From NCBI GenBank assembly GCA_963663165.1, contig OY760175.1, positions 3,392,001-3,456,000 on the forward strand: a stretch of 64,000 nt of DNA, in the 5' to 3' direction. Numbering within the stretch: position 1 is the stretch's first letter; each line of letters opens with the position of its first letter. This document shows positions 48,472 through 58,018 of this stretch, piece after piece. This stretch comes from an uncultured Desulfospira sp. GTDB lineage: Bacteria > Desulfobacterota > Desulfobacteria > Desulfobacterales > Desulfobacteraceae. The notes below the pieces were generated by a model. That model did no database searches and had not been told where the DNA came from. It saw only the letters and a program-made list of their open reading frames with translations. A program made the translations under genes and the position numbers.

Positions 48472-50916
48472 ATGATACAGCAAGAAGACATATCAGTTTA
48501 CGGGATGATGTGTTCCCATTGTGAAGCAGCGGTAACCAAGGCGCTGCTTCAATCTCCGGGGGTCGATACCGCCAATGCCTTTCATGAAGACAACCGGGTT
48601 CAGGTAGCCTTTGACACGGAACAGACCAATCCGGAAAAACTCAAACTGGTTATCGTTGAGCAGGGGTATTCCCTTGATCCCCCGGCCCAGGAAAGCCTCG
48701 AGCCTGAACCGGAACAGGTTGAAACCATAAAAGAGGAACCGGACCCGGCAAATTTAAAAGAGGTTTGCTTCGGCATCCAGGGTATGAGCTGCGCCAACTG
48801 TGCCCTTGCCATTGAAAAAGCCTTTAAAGGGGTAGAGGGGGTTAAGAAATCCAGCATCAACCTGCCCCTTGAACGGGGGGTGGTTTCCTATGATCCGGCC
48901 CTGATGGATGAAGCCCGGGTCCTGAACATCGTGAACAATGCCGGCTACCGGGCCGTCAAACAAGATAACCAGGATGGCCCGTCTTCTAAAGCGGAAAGCT
49001 TCAGGTTCTACTTTGCCCTGGGGCTGACCATCCCCATGATGATACTCATGCAGGCCAAAATCATTCCCATGCCGGCGGCCAATTACACCCTTTTTGTTCT
49101 GGCCACCCTGGTCCAGGCTGTATCCGGGATGGCCTTTTACAGGGGGGCCTGGTTTTCCCTGAAGAATAAAACCGCCAACATGGACGTGCTGGTCTCTTTG
49201 GGCATTTTTTCAGCCTATGCCTATTCCGTATATTCCCTTTTTTTCCGGAATCCTTCCACCATGGCATATTTTGACACCTCGGCCATGATCACCACCTTTA
49301 TTCTGCTGGGAAAAATGCTGGAAAGCCGGGCCAAAGGAAAGACCGGACAGGCGTTAAAAGAACTTCTGGCCTTAAACCCGGACAAGGCCAGAATCATCCG
49401 GAACAATGACATTGAAGAGGATATATCGCCGGCCATGCTTGAAAAAGGGGACCGGGTAAAGGTCCTTGCCGGAGAAAAAATACCGGTTGACGGGGTTATT
49501 CTTGACGGCCACACCTTTGTGGATGAATCCATGATCACCGGCGAATCCCTGCCTGTGGAAAAGGTCAGGCAGGACCCGGTTACCGGCGGCACCATCAACC
49601 AGTCCGGAGCCATTGTCGTTGAGACCTTAAAAACAGGGAATGACACCCTGCTGGCCGGTATTATCAAGATGGTGGAAGACGCCCAGGCCGATAAGGCCCC
49701 CATCCAGAGAATAGCTGACAAGGTATCCAACGTCTTTGTCCCGGCAGTGGTCACCGCTGCCCTGGCAAGCTTTTGTTTCTGGTATTTTATGGCAGACCTT
49801 TCCACGTCAGCCCGGTTTCTGTTTTCCTTTGAACGAATGATTGCTGTTCTGGTCATTGCCTGCCCCTGTGCCTTAGGCCTTGCCACACCGACCGCCATCA
49901 TGGTGGGCTCCGGGGTGGGCTTAAAGCGGGGCATTTTATTTAAAAAAGGATCGGTCCTGGAAAACATTTCCAAACTGGATATTCTCCTGTTTGACAAAAC
50001 CGGCACCCTGACGTCCGGACAACCGGAAGTCACCGGCATATACCCCGCCCCAAACGGGTCGACCAGTGAGCTGCTGTCTTTGGCGGCGAGTGCCGAGGCC
50101 AATTCAACCCACCCCCTGGCCGGGGCCATTATTCAAAAAGCCAAAACAAAAAACGCACCGGTGCAAGCGACAACAGACAGCAGGGAAATCAGCGGGCAGG
50201 GAATTGTCTGCACCCTTTTGGGGTCTTCTTTAAAAGCCGGCAAACGATTTGATGAAGATCAGATGGACCCGGCGCTTGAAACAACGGTGGCCCAGCTTTC
50301 AGATCAAGGCCATTCCCTGGTATTTGTTTCCCTTGACGATCGGGTTAAAGGCGTGATTGCCTTATCAGATCCGGTTAAGCCCGAGGCCGCCAAAGCCGTA
50401 TCCCTTCTCCATAAAGCCGGCATCCGAACGGCCTTGATTTCAGGAGATACCCTGGCATCGGCCCGGTTTGCGGCCAAACAGGCCGGTATCGATCTGGTAG
50501 AGGCCCAGGTGCTGCCCGAGGATAAAATCAAAAAAGTAGAAGAATTTCAGGCCCAGGGGCTTTGTGTGGGGATGGTGGGAGACGGCATCAACGATGCCCC
50601 GGCCCTGGCCCGGGCCGACATCGGCATGGCCATTGGTTCGGGAACCGACGTGGCCAAGGAAACCGGGGATGTGGTCCTGGTAAAGAGCAGTCCCATGGAT
50701 GTGGTCACGGCCATTCAGCTCGGCAGAAAAACCCTTGCTGTGATCAAGCAAAATTTTTTCTGGGCCTTTTTTTACAATGTTCTGATGATTCCCGTTGCCG
50801 CAGGGTTTCTGTATCCGGTTTTTGGCCTGGCCCTGAAACCGGAACTGGCCAGCATTGCCATGTGGCTGTCCTCGTTGACAGTGGTCACCAACTCCCTGAG
50901 GCTGAACCGGTTTTAA
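48472..50916 (+). CDS. copA: Cu(I)-translocating P1B-type ATPase
   Basis: Two GMxCxxC domains; TGES, CPCALGLATP, DKTGT, HP, GDGINDAP and YN motifs. Confidence 0.96.
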   Translation: MIQQEDISVYGMMCSHCEAAVTKALLQSPGVDTANAFHEDNRVQVAFDTEQTNPEKLKLVIVEQGYSLDPPAQESLEPEPEQVETIKEEPDPANLKEVCFGIQGMSCANCALAIEKAFKGVEGVKKSSINLPLERGVVSYDPALMDEARVLNIVNNAGYRAVKQDNQDGPSSKAESFRFYFALGLTIPMMILMQAKIIPMPAANYTLFVLATLVQAVSGMAFYRGAWFSLKNKTANMDVLVSLGIFSAYAYSVYSLFFRNPSTMAYFDTSAMITTFILLGKMLESRAKGKTGQALKELLALNPDKARIIRNNDIEEDISPAMLEKGDRVKVLAGEKIPVDGVILDGHTFVDESMITGESLPVEKVRQDPVTGGTINQSGAIVVETLKTGNDTLLAGIIKMVEDAQADKAPIQRIADKVSNVFVPAVVTAALASFCFWYFMADLSTSARFLFSFERMIAVLVIACPCALGLATPTAIMVGSGVGLKRGILFKKGSVLENISKLDILLFDKTGTLTSGQPEVTGIYPAPNGSTSELLSLAASAEANSTHPLAGAIIQKAKTKNAPVQATTDSREISGQGIVCTLLGSSLKAGKRFDEDQMDPALETTVAQLSDQGHSLVFVSLDDRVKGVIALSDPVKPEAAKAVSLLHKAGIRTALISGDTLASARFAAKQAGIDLVEAQVLPEDKIKKVEEFQAQGLCVGMVGDGINDAPALARADIGMAIGSGTDVAKETGDVVLVKSSPMDVVTAIQLGRKTLAVIKQNFFWAFFYNVLMIPVAAGFLYPVFGLALKPELASIAMWLSSLTVVTNSLRLNRF

Positions 50917-50996
50917 GTTAAACCCCATACACAGCCCTCTTAATTTGAGCCCGGGGCATGCCGCATTCCAACTTTGATCCCATGGCTTCCCCCAAA

Positions 50997-52391
50997 TTAT
51001 ATGTTTTTGGACAGCAACTGCCCTTCGACAATAGCCTCAAGGCGTTCAACCAGATACAGCGGCAGAGAAATCAAAGGATATGAAACCTGTTTTTGCTCGT
51101 TACCTGTACGGATCAAACAATTGACCTGCTGTATGGACGGCAAAGATGCATCAAACCGAACGGCCAGGGGCGCGGTTTTTGTGCCCATGAACTGGTGCAG
51201 GGATTTGAGTTTGCCTGTGGCACCGGCTTTGACCTCAATGGGAATCACAGCACCCGCCATTGAAGTGACATAATCCACCTCTGCGTTGGAAGATCGGCCC
51301 TGGCGCAGCCAGTAGGTCAATTGCCGGTTTGGCCGGTCTGAAAGCAATGATACCAGGTGCTGCCCAATGAACTGTTCGGCAATAGCGCCTTCATTAATCA
51401 GCTTGATATCCGTCATCTGGGAGGCCAGGTGCCAGTTCAGCCCGCAAATGGCATTCATCAATCCGACATCCAGAAATATGGTTTTAAATACTTTATCTTC
51501 AATATCCGCTTGCAGTGGAAGTCCGGAGCAATGGCTATGGGTTACTTTTTCAATAATGCGTGCCATGGCCAAGAGTTCAATATCCTTTTTAATGGTGACA
51601 CTTTGATCCTGGGATGAAATGTTGCTGTACTTGATTTTTTTTCCCACATTTTTTGCCATAAAGTTAAAAACATTGCGCATGCGGCCCAAATTCCTGGAGC
51701 CGGAATATTTGGGGAAATCTTCCTGGTAAGTTTCGATTATGGAATTATGTACCTGGTCGACATCTTTATAACTTAAGTTCCGGGAAAATACGTTAACGGC
51801 CTCCGGCATACCGCCCACATAAAAATATGACCGCATCAGACTCAATAAGCGTTCATGCGCCACACGGCCTATTTCCCGGCCGAATTCATATTTCTCGATA
51901 AAAGCCTTTAGCGCTTCCTCGCCCATGGCGTCCAGAAATTCTGTAAAGGTCATGGGGCCCATATGCAGGTATTGTATCCTGCCGACAGGCATGGAAAAAG
52001 AGTGGTCAGACAAAACAAATTCAAGCAGAGAACCGGCGCTGATGACGGGAAGATCCGGTTTGTCTTCATAAAAATAACGCAGTGCAGGCACAGCCTCGGG
52101 GACCGCCTGGATCTCATCTAAAAAAAGCAGACTCTCCTGGCCGGCGGCTTTCATGCCCGGCAGGAACTCAATCTGCTGGATAATATCTGTCGGATTTTTG
52201 CTTTCAAAGATACCGGATAATTCCGGATAACGTTCCAAGTTTACGCCCATTAAATTTTTATGATACTCCTGGGCAAACAACGCCACCAATGTCGATTTCC
52301 CGACCTGCCTGGCGCCACGGATAATCAAGGGTTTCCGATTTTTACTGTTTAACCAGTCATTTAAAAATACCAACTGCTGTCTGTGTATCAT
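50997..52391 (-). CDS. AAA ATPase (AAA_14) with DUF4143/PD-(D/E)xK-like C-terminus
   Basis: GARQVGKS Walker A, FLDEIQ Walker B, GGMPE, EVDYV...PIEVK. Confidence 0.88.
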   Translation of the reverse strand: MIHRQQLVFLNDWLNSKNRKPLIIRGARQVGKSTLVALFAQEYHKNLMGVNLERYPELSGIFESKNPTDIIQQIEFLPGMKAAGQESLLFLDEIQAVPEAVPALRYFYEDKPDLPVISAGSLLEFVLSDHSFSMPVGRIQYLHMGPMTFTEFLDAMGEEALKAFIEKYEFGREIGRVAHERLLSLMRSYFYVGGMPEAVNVFSRNLSYKDVDQVHNSIIETYQEDFPKYSGSRNLGRMRNVFNFMAKNVGKKIKYSNISSQDQSVTIKKDIELLAMARIIEKVTHSHCSGLPLQADIEDKVFKTIFLDVGLMNAICGLNWHLASQMTDIKLINEGAIAEQFIGQHLVSLLSDRPNRQLTYWLRQGRSSNAEVDYVTSMAGAVIPIEVKAGATGKLKSLHQFMGTKTAPLAVRFDASLPSIQQVNCLIRTGNEQKQVSYPLISLPLYLVERLEAIVEGQLLSKNI

Positions 52392-52590
52392 TTACACCTT
52401 TTACATCATTTTTTCTGGTCCGAAGATTTTTTAAAAATCATCTTATCATGGCTTTATGGAACATATCAATGGCCTTATTATTGTTTTTGGGATGTGTTTT
52501 AATAATATCAGTATTATTTTAAGTGTGTTTTTTTGAGGTGGCGCTCAAATTACCGGATACGGATTAAGCCTCAAACCTGTTGACGGTTGT

Positions 52591-53126
52591 TCAACCCAGA
52601 TAATCACTTGGCGAATTCCCAAAATACTTTTTAAATTCCCTGGAGAACGTTCTTTACTGGGCATACCCCACTTCAAAAGCCACTTGTGTCACACTTTTGT
52701 TCCCGGTCTGCAGCAGCCGCCTGGACTCTTCCAGTCTGAACTTGCGAAGGAAATTAAATATAATAGTGTCACCATAAACCTTAGAAAAGCCCTGGCTTAA
52801 CGTGGTTCTGTTTACCCCCACCATTCTGGAAAGTTCTGTAAGGGGGGGGCCTTAATATCGGAAATGATTATATCGCGGGCTTTGTGAACGAAATTCCCGG
52901 AGTCGGATGCAAGGTCAAAGCAGAAGCCGGTCTGGTCCTTATCTGCATTGAATTGATCAAAACCGGAAATCATCAGTTCCAGCGCTTTGCTTCCTAAAAA
53001 CAGGCGTCTGCGGACATCACTATACGTACATCCGAGGATTTCATGAAGACGAATATTAATGGACGGGGTCATGGACACGGGGCAGCAAAAAAATCCTTCT
53101 TTTTTTGAGGGAGCCAATATTTCTTC
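52591..53126 (-). pseudogene. AraC-family regulator pseudogene (5'-truncated, frameshifted, internal stop)
   Basis: ...LFLGSKALEL...DIKAPP, then a frameshift in the G8 run (52842-52849) to LTELSRMVGVNRTTLSQGFSKVYG...VTQVAFEVGYAQ*RTFSREFKKYFG; in-frame TAA at 52654-52656. Confidence 0.85.
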
Positions 53127-53304
53127 TAACGGCCACGGGCCGTCTTGGTTATCCAACCAAGAACCGCCCACAACAAATATTGAAAGAACTCAAAAGGTTG
53201 CTGAGTCTTTCATATAACGGCCACGGGCCGCCTTGGTTATCCAACCAAGCACCGCCCACAACGAAAAATGAAAGTCTTTTCAGCTTGTTAGTGAGACTTT
53301 CATA
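53127..53304 (-). repeat. Tandem copies 3 (53127-53214) and 4 (53215-53304) of the ~90-bp element
   Basis: Reverse complement matches 738-829; units are joined at CCGTTA|TATGAAAG. Confidence 0.9.
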
Positions 53305-53435
53305 TAAAAACTTTTGGTCAAATTCTCCGGCTATCCCTTCGGAAAACCGAATTACGGGGTTTAAGTATATTCTTGTCAGACCCGGATATTTTATGGCATT
53401 TTGAATAATTTGAAACCGAACGGAATGACCATAGA

Positions 53436-54446
53436 ATGACCGACATATTGATCCAGTCCTTTACCTCCACCTTTTTTTCCATGCTCAAGATTTTCTTTAT
53501 CGTGCTGGCAGCCGGTGTGCTGGTTCGAAAAAAAGTTTTAAGCCAGGAAAACCTACACGGCCTGTCCGTGGCCACGGTGGACGTGTTTCTTCCCTGCATG
53601 AGTTTTACCAGCATCCTGGCCAATTTCAGGCCCGGACAATTTGATATCTGGTGGGTGCTGCCCACGGCAGGCATCCTGATTACGGTGGCGGGCATCCTCA
53701 TGGGCTGGCTGTTTTTTTTTGGCGAACTGCCGGAAAAACGAAACATGGTGCCCCTGTGCGGGGTTCAGAATGCCGGATACCTGATCCTGCCCTTAGGGGC
53801 GGTACTCTTTCCGGACCAGTTTGACCAGTTTTCCGTCTACTGTTTTCTTTTCATTATGGGCCAGAGCCTGACCGTATGGACCGTGGGCAAACAGATGACC
53901 ACGGCATCACCGGAAGCGCCGATGCGATGGCAGAGCATGCTCACCCCGCCATTGATTGCCACCCTTCTGGCCATTGTCTTTGTAGCCATGGGCATTCATC
54001 CGATTTTCTTTTTGCCGGAGGATGGCTCCGGCGCCGGCCCGGTGAACACCCTTCTGGCCACAGCATTCGATGCTGCCGAATTTATCGGGCAGGCCACCGT
54101 CCCTCTGGCGATCTTTATCCTCGGGGGCGTTTTGGGCAGCATCACCTTTAAGTTCCGGGCGTATATGTGGGATGTGATCCGGGTGGTGACGGTCAAGCTT
54201 TTTCTATTGCCGCTCTTGATCCTGGTGCTGGTCTATTTCTGGGGCATCGGGGAGACATTGCCGCTGCTGGCGGTTTTCTTTGTTATTGAAAGTTCATCCG
54301 CCCCGGCCATTGCCACGGTTCTCCAGGTCAAAAAATACGGCGGTGACGAGCAGAAGATCGGCACCGTCATTCTTGTCTGCTACCTGGCCTGTCTTTTGAT
54401 GATGCCCTTCTGGGTGGGCATCTGGAGTTTGATTTCACAGGGATGA
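53436..54446 (+). CDS. AEC (auxin efflux carrier)-family transporter
   Basis: About 10 TM helices; LPC..F, N.GYL.LP, PPLIA, G.ATVP and PA motifs. Confidence 0.85.
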   Translation: MTDILIQSFTSTFFSMLKIFFIVLAAGVLVRKKVLSQENLHGLSVATVDVFLPCMSFTSILANFRPGQFDIWWVLPTAGILITVAGILMGWLFFFGELPEKRNMVPLCGVQNAGYLILPLGAVLFPDQFDQFSVYCFLFIMGQSLTVWTVGKQMTTASPEAPMRWQSMLTPPLIATLLAIVFVAMGIHPIFFLPEDGSGAGPVNTLLATAFDAAEFIGQATVPLAIFILGGVLGSITFKFRAYMWDVIRVVTVKLFLLPLLILVLVYFWGIGETLPLLAVFFVIESSSAPAIATVLQVKKYGGDEQKIGTVILVCYLACLLMMPFWVGIWSLISQG

Positions 54447-54454
54447 ACCAGGGG

Positions 54455-55273
54455 TTACACAATCCCTTTGGGCATGGGGGGAACGTCTTCTCCAGCCAGG
54501 ACAAACCCGCCGTCCAGGCGTAACACCGAGCCGGTCATGTAAGGGGCATCTTTTAATATGAACAGACAGGCCTTGACCGCATCCTCAATGGTGCCGGTCC
54601 GGTTTAGAAGAGTATGGTTGATCAGTTGCTGCTTTTCCCCGGGGGTCAGGACCTCTTTCCACCCGCGGGTCCCTTGGGCATGGCGGGTTTCAAATATGCC
54701 CAGCATGAGTTCATTGACCCGGACATTGGGGGCCCCCATGCGGGCCCAGGTTTCGGTAAGACTGGATATCCCTCTGTTGGCGGCGGCATATCCGTCGTTA
54801 AAAACCAGGGCCGCCGCTCCGGACCGGCCGGTGATCCCGGCAATGGAGGAAATATTGATCACGGCAGCGTCCCTGGATTTTTTAAGCAGCGGGAACACGG
54901 CATCAAACACCCACCGTTTGGCCTTGAGGGTGGTCTCGATTTCAAGGTCCCACTGATCTTCAACGTATTCCCCATGGACCGTGGGCCAGCCGCCCCTTTC
55001 GATATTGTTGATCAGGATATCCAGGCCGCCGTATGTCTCTTCAATAAACCCGGCCATTTTTTTGATGTCTGATAAATTGCGAAGGTCGGCATCCAGTATA
55101 TGGTGGCGGGCCCCTGTGGCAAAAAAATCAGTTTCCATGCCCTCAAAAGCGTCCTCCCAGTCATGGCGGGTAAGGACCAGGTTTGCCCCGGATTGGGCAA
55201 GCCCTAAGCCAATGCCCTTGCCGATGCCTTTGACGGCGCCGAGAACCAGCGCTGTTTTCCCTTTAATTTCCAT
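54455..55273 (-). CDS. SDR-family oxidoreductase
   Basis: GAVKGIG, LDILINN, NISS, YxxAN and RVN...G; atypical catalytic motif (YAAAN rather than YxxxK). Confidence 0.85.
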   Translation of the reverse strand: MEIKGKTALVLGAVKGIGKGIGLGLAQSGANLVLTRHDWEDAFEGMETDFFATGARHHILDADLRNLSDIKKMAGFIEETYGGLDILINNIERGGWPTVHGEYVEDQWDLEIETTLKAKRWVFDAVFPLLKKSRDAAVINISSIAGITGRSGAAALVFNDGYAAANRGISSLTETWARMGAPNVRVNELMLGIFETRHAQGTRGWKEVLTPGEKQQLINHTLLNRTGTIEDAVKACLFILKDAPYMTGSVLRLDGGFVLAGEDVPPMPKGIV

Positions 55274-56021
55274 GGGGCCATCCGGAAAGATTTAAGTCAA
55301 TGCCGAACAGCATATTTTTTACCCATTGGATTCCAAAATTGAGTAATGTTTCATCGCCGGCTGTTATTTGCCGGATCATGGTTTTGTCCAGTTTAAATTC
55401 AGCCAGCAGATCTTTTTCTAAAATCTGAACCCTGAATTCATCCAGATCATACAAGGCCAGATAGAACTGATCCGACTGGAATCCTTCAAGCTTGCCGGGA
55501 ATAATCTGATTTTTCAGGCTGATCAGCTCCATGAGCTGATCGTTCCGGGCATTATGTTTTTCCACGTCCTGACCAATTAACCATTCTTTAATCGTGACCG
55601 GGTTGGCCACCCCGAACCCGTTGCAATGGGGTTCTTCAATAAGGGCGTAGTACTCGGTTATCTCCCCGGTCTGCCTTGAGCGGGATATGGCCCGGGCCAA
55701 GGGATAAAGCCGGCAGGAACCAGGCCGGTCCGGGTACACGCTGCACCCGTTTTCTGTAACGAATGGACAGGCATGGCCTGTGCCGGGATTGGGTTTAAAC
55801 TCCACAATGGGGAGACCTGTCCCAGGGCCGTTATGACGGGAGGTATAGGTTTTTAAAAATTCCTGGGAAGAGATGTCAAGGCTGTTTTTCAGCCTTAAAA
55901 TATCGTAGGGCGTCAGGGCCTGGTTCAAGTCCCTGCAGCAGTCATTAAAACATGAATTTTCCGGAGAACAGGAAAAATTCATGGGGTCATTGAGCTTGAC
56001 CGGTATTAATTCTTCGTTCAT
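55263..56021 (-). CDS. YkgJ-family Cys-cluster protein
   Basis: F.C.....CF..CC; LTPYDI.RL; CPF....GC.VY.DRP..CR.YP. Confidence 0.85.
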   Translation of the reverse strand: MNEELIPVKLNDPMNFSCSPENSCFNDCCRDLNQALTPYDILRLKNSLDISSQEFLKTYTSRHNGPGTGLPIVEFKPNPGTGHACPFVTENGCSVYPDRPGSCRLYPLARAISRSRQTGEITEYYALIEEPHCNGFGVANPVTIKEWLIGQDVEKHNARNDQLMELISLKNQIIPGKLEGFQSDQFYLALYDLDEFRVQILEKDLLAEFKLDKTMIRQITAGDETLLNFGIQWVKNMLFGIDLNLSGWPHGN

Positions 56022-56104
56022 TATTTTATCCTCAATTCTGGTCTTTCCCGGGCTGTCCGGTAGGCTGCCAACCTATCAGTATTAAACGGATTAATCCAGA
56101 TGTT

Positions 56105-57025
56105 TCAGGGAACGGGGTCTATAATATGGGCCTGGCTCTCATAGACGGTTTTATACCGCTCCTTTGTATAATAAAGAAACTCCTGAAGCACGGTGCTGAA
56201 ATATTTATCCTTGTGCCAGATGGTGTAAAAAGACCGGGTAAATTTGAAGTCCCTTATCTTAAGGCGGAACAGCTGGCCGGCAATCAACTCGTTCATGACC
56301 GATATCCTGGAAAGGCAACTGACTGTCCCCCTGTTCCGGAGGACCGACTTTACCGCCTCTGTATGCCCCACCTCCAAAAAAGGCTTAAACCGTTTTTTGT
56401 ACTTTTCCATGTAATAAAGAAACACCTCACGGGTTCCGGAACCTTCTTCCCTGAAAATCCACCGTTTGGACAAAAGTTCTTCCATATTATAGGGGACCTC
56501 CCTGACCAGGTTTTTATCCCCGGTCACCACATAAAGCTCGTCTAAGCCCAGCACCTCCCGTTGTATTTCAGTGTTGTTGTAGTCGGCTTCCACAAAACCG
56601 ATGTCTAGTTCGCCGTCTTTGATCAGTTTTCCGATTTCCTCGGTATTGCCGGTAATTTTTTCCAGCCGGACCCCCTGGTACTTTTCGGCAAACTCATAAA
56701 TGATCTGGGGCAGAATATAATTGGCTATGGAAGAACTGGCCCCGACCTTGATATCCCCGAGCAAATCCTGGTCCCTGAACATGATCTCGCTTTCCCTAAG
56801 GCCGAACACCAGGGGATCTACCATCCGGTAAAAATACCGGCCGTTTTCATTGACCACCAGCCGTTTGTGGATCCGGTCAAACAACAGCTTGCCAAGGGTT
56901 TCTTCAAGGGCCTTGATGGACATGGACACAGCGGACTGGGTTAATCCGAAATCATTTGCCACCTGGCTCAAATGCGGGGTTTTCACCAGGGCAAGAAACA
57001 ATTCAAGCTGTCTTAAGGTAGCCAA
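56105..57025 (-). CDS. LysR-family regulator, YeiE/CysL-like
   Basis: TLRQLE.F...LTQSAVS; LFDR..KRLVVNE.G; ASS.I.NYILP; WI.RE.GSGTRE; EA.K; SCLSR. Confidence 0.9.
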   Translation of the reverse strand: MATLRQLELFLALVKTPHLSQVANDFGLTQSAVSMSIKALEETLGKLLFDRIHKRLVVNENGRYFYRMVDPLVFGLRESEIMFRDQDLLGDIKVGASSSIANYILPQIIYEFAEKYQGVRLEKITGNTEEIGKLIKDGELDIGFVEADYNNTEIQREVLGLDELYVVTGDKNLVREVPYNMEELLSKRWIFREEGSGTREVFLYYMEKYKKRFKPFLEVGHTEAVKSVLRNRGTVSCLSRISVMNELIAGQLFRLKIRDFKFTRSFYTIWHKDKYFSTVLQEFLYYTKERYKTVYESQAHIIDPVP

Positions 57026-57132
57026 AAAATTTCCTCTTTTTTGGGGCTATCATGGCCGAATACCCGGGCCAGACGCAGGGGGTTTAAAAAATTTTTCGTG
57101 CGTGGTGCACACTTTTATCTGATTCAAGCAAA

Positions 57133-57196
57133 TTGTTTATAAAAACACAAGCCGCTTTTATTTTTCAACCCAGATTTCTTTTGTGAAATTTCACAA
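57133..57196. promoter_or_regulatory. TTGT...ACAA palindromes upstream of aprB (Rex/CRP-like)
   Basis: TTGTTTATAAAAACACAA (57133-57150) and the perfect TTGTGAAATTTCACAA (57181-57196). Confidence 0.5.
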
Positions 57197-57524
57197 TATG
57201 TAGTAGCAAATGAACAACGTTTCAATACATATTGTTGGTTAGTGAAGTCATCAAAAAAATTGAACAATTTGATAAGTCTTTTTTTTTCAATTTTCTTGAC
57301 AACGCTATTGGGAGGATGCTATTTCCATACCATTTATGCGGGTCCTGCACCATTGTTCAGCATGTAGTTTCCAACTAATTTAATGGCTGCATAAAAACCG
57401 CTTTAGGATTAGAACAAGGATTAAAAAGCCCGTTAAATTCACATCCGGGCTTATTGATAAAAGAAGAATAACGGCACAACGGTATTGTGCAATTTGATTA
57501 ACTTAAATTATGGAGGTATTTTAA

Positions 57525-57962
57525 ATGCCATCTTTTGTAATTGCAGAAAAATGTGACGGCTGCAAAGGTGGGGACAAAACAGCATGCATGTACATCTGCC
57601 CCAATGACCTGATGGTTCTGGACCCCGATGCGATGAAAGCATACAACCAGGAACCGGATCAGTGCTGGGAATGCTACTCTTGTGTTAAAATTTGCCCCTC
57701 CCAGGCCATCGAAGTAAGAGGCTATTCTGACTTCGTACCCATGGGCGCTTCTGTACAGCCGATGATGGGTACCGAGGATGTTATGTGGACCTGTAAGTTC
57801 AGAAACGGCGTTGTCAAACGCTTCAAGTTCCCCATCAGAACCACGCCTGAAGGTGAAGCCAACGCTTATGAAGATCTGAAAGGCAAAGATCTGTCCAGCG
57901 GCCTGCTCTCCACTCAAGAAGCAGACGGCATGGAACTGAAAGCTCCGACCGAGCTGGCATAA
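57525..57962 (+). CDS. aprB: Adenylylsulfate reductase beta subunit
   Basis: CDGCKG..KTAC.YICP.DLM; CWECYSCVKICP; KRFKFPIRTT. Confidence 0.98.
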   Translation: MPSFVIAEKCDGCKGGDKTACMYICPNDLMVLDPDAMKAYNQEPDQCWECYSCVKICPSQAIEVRGYSDFVPMGASVQPMMGTEDVMWTCKFRNGVVKRFKFPIRTTPEGEANAYEDLKGKDLSSGLLSTQEADGMELKAPTELA

Positions 57963-58018
57963 GTCTATTGTCATCCATTTGATTTGATACTTTATTTTAA
58001 AATTTTTGGAGGTATATA

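Noticed and set aside
53127..53304. Tandem repeats as a CRISPR array or integron attC sites
   Set aside because: The units are ~90 bp with no unique spacers and no cas genes. Despite TAAC/GTTA ends, they lack end-to-end attC palindromy, do not flank cassettes, and no integrase is present.
52812..53404. ORFs 52812-53171 and 53105-53404 as genes
   Set aside because: They are a pseudogene fragment plus read-through of the repeat element.
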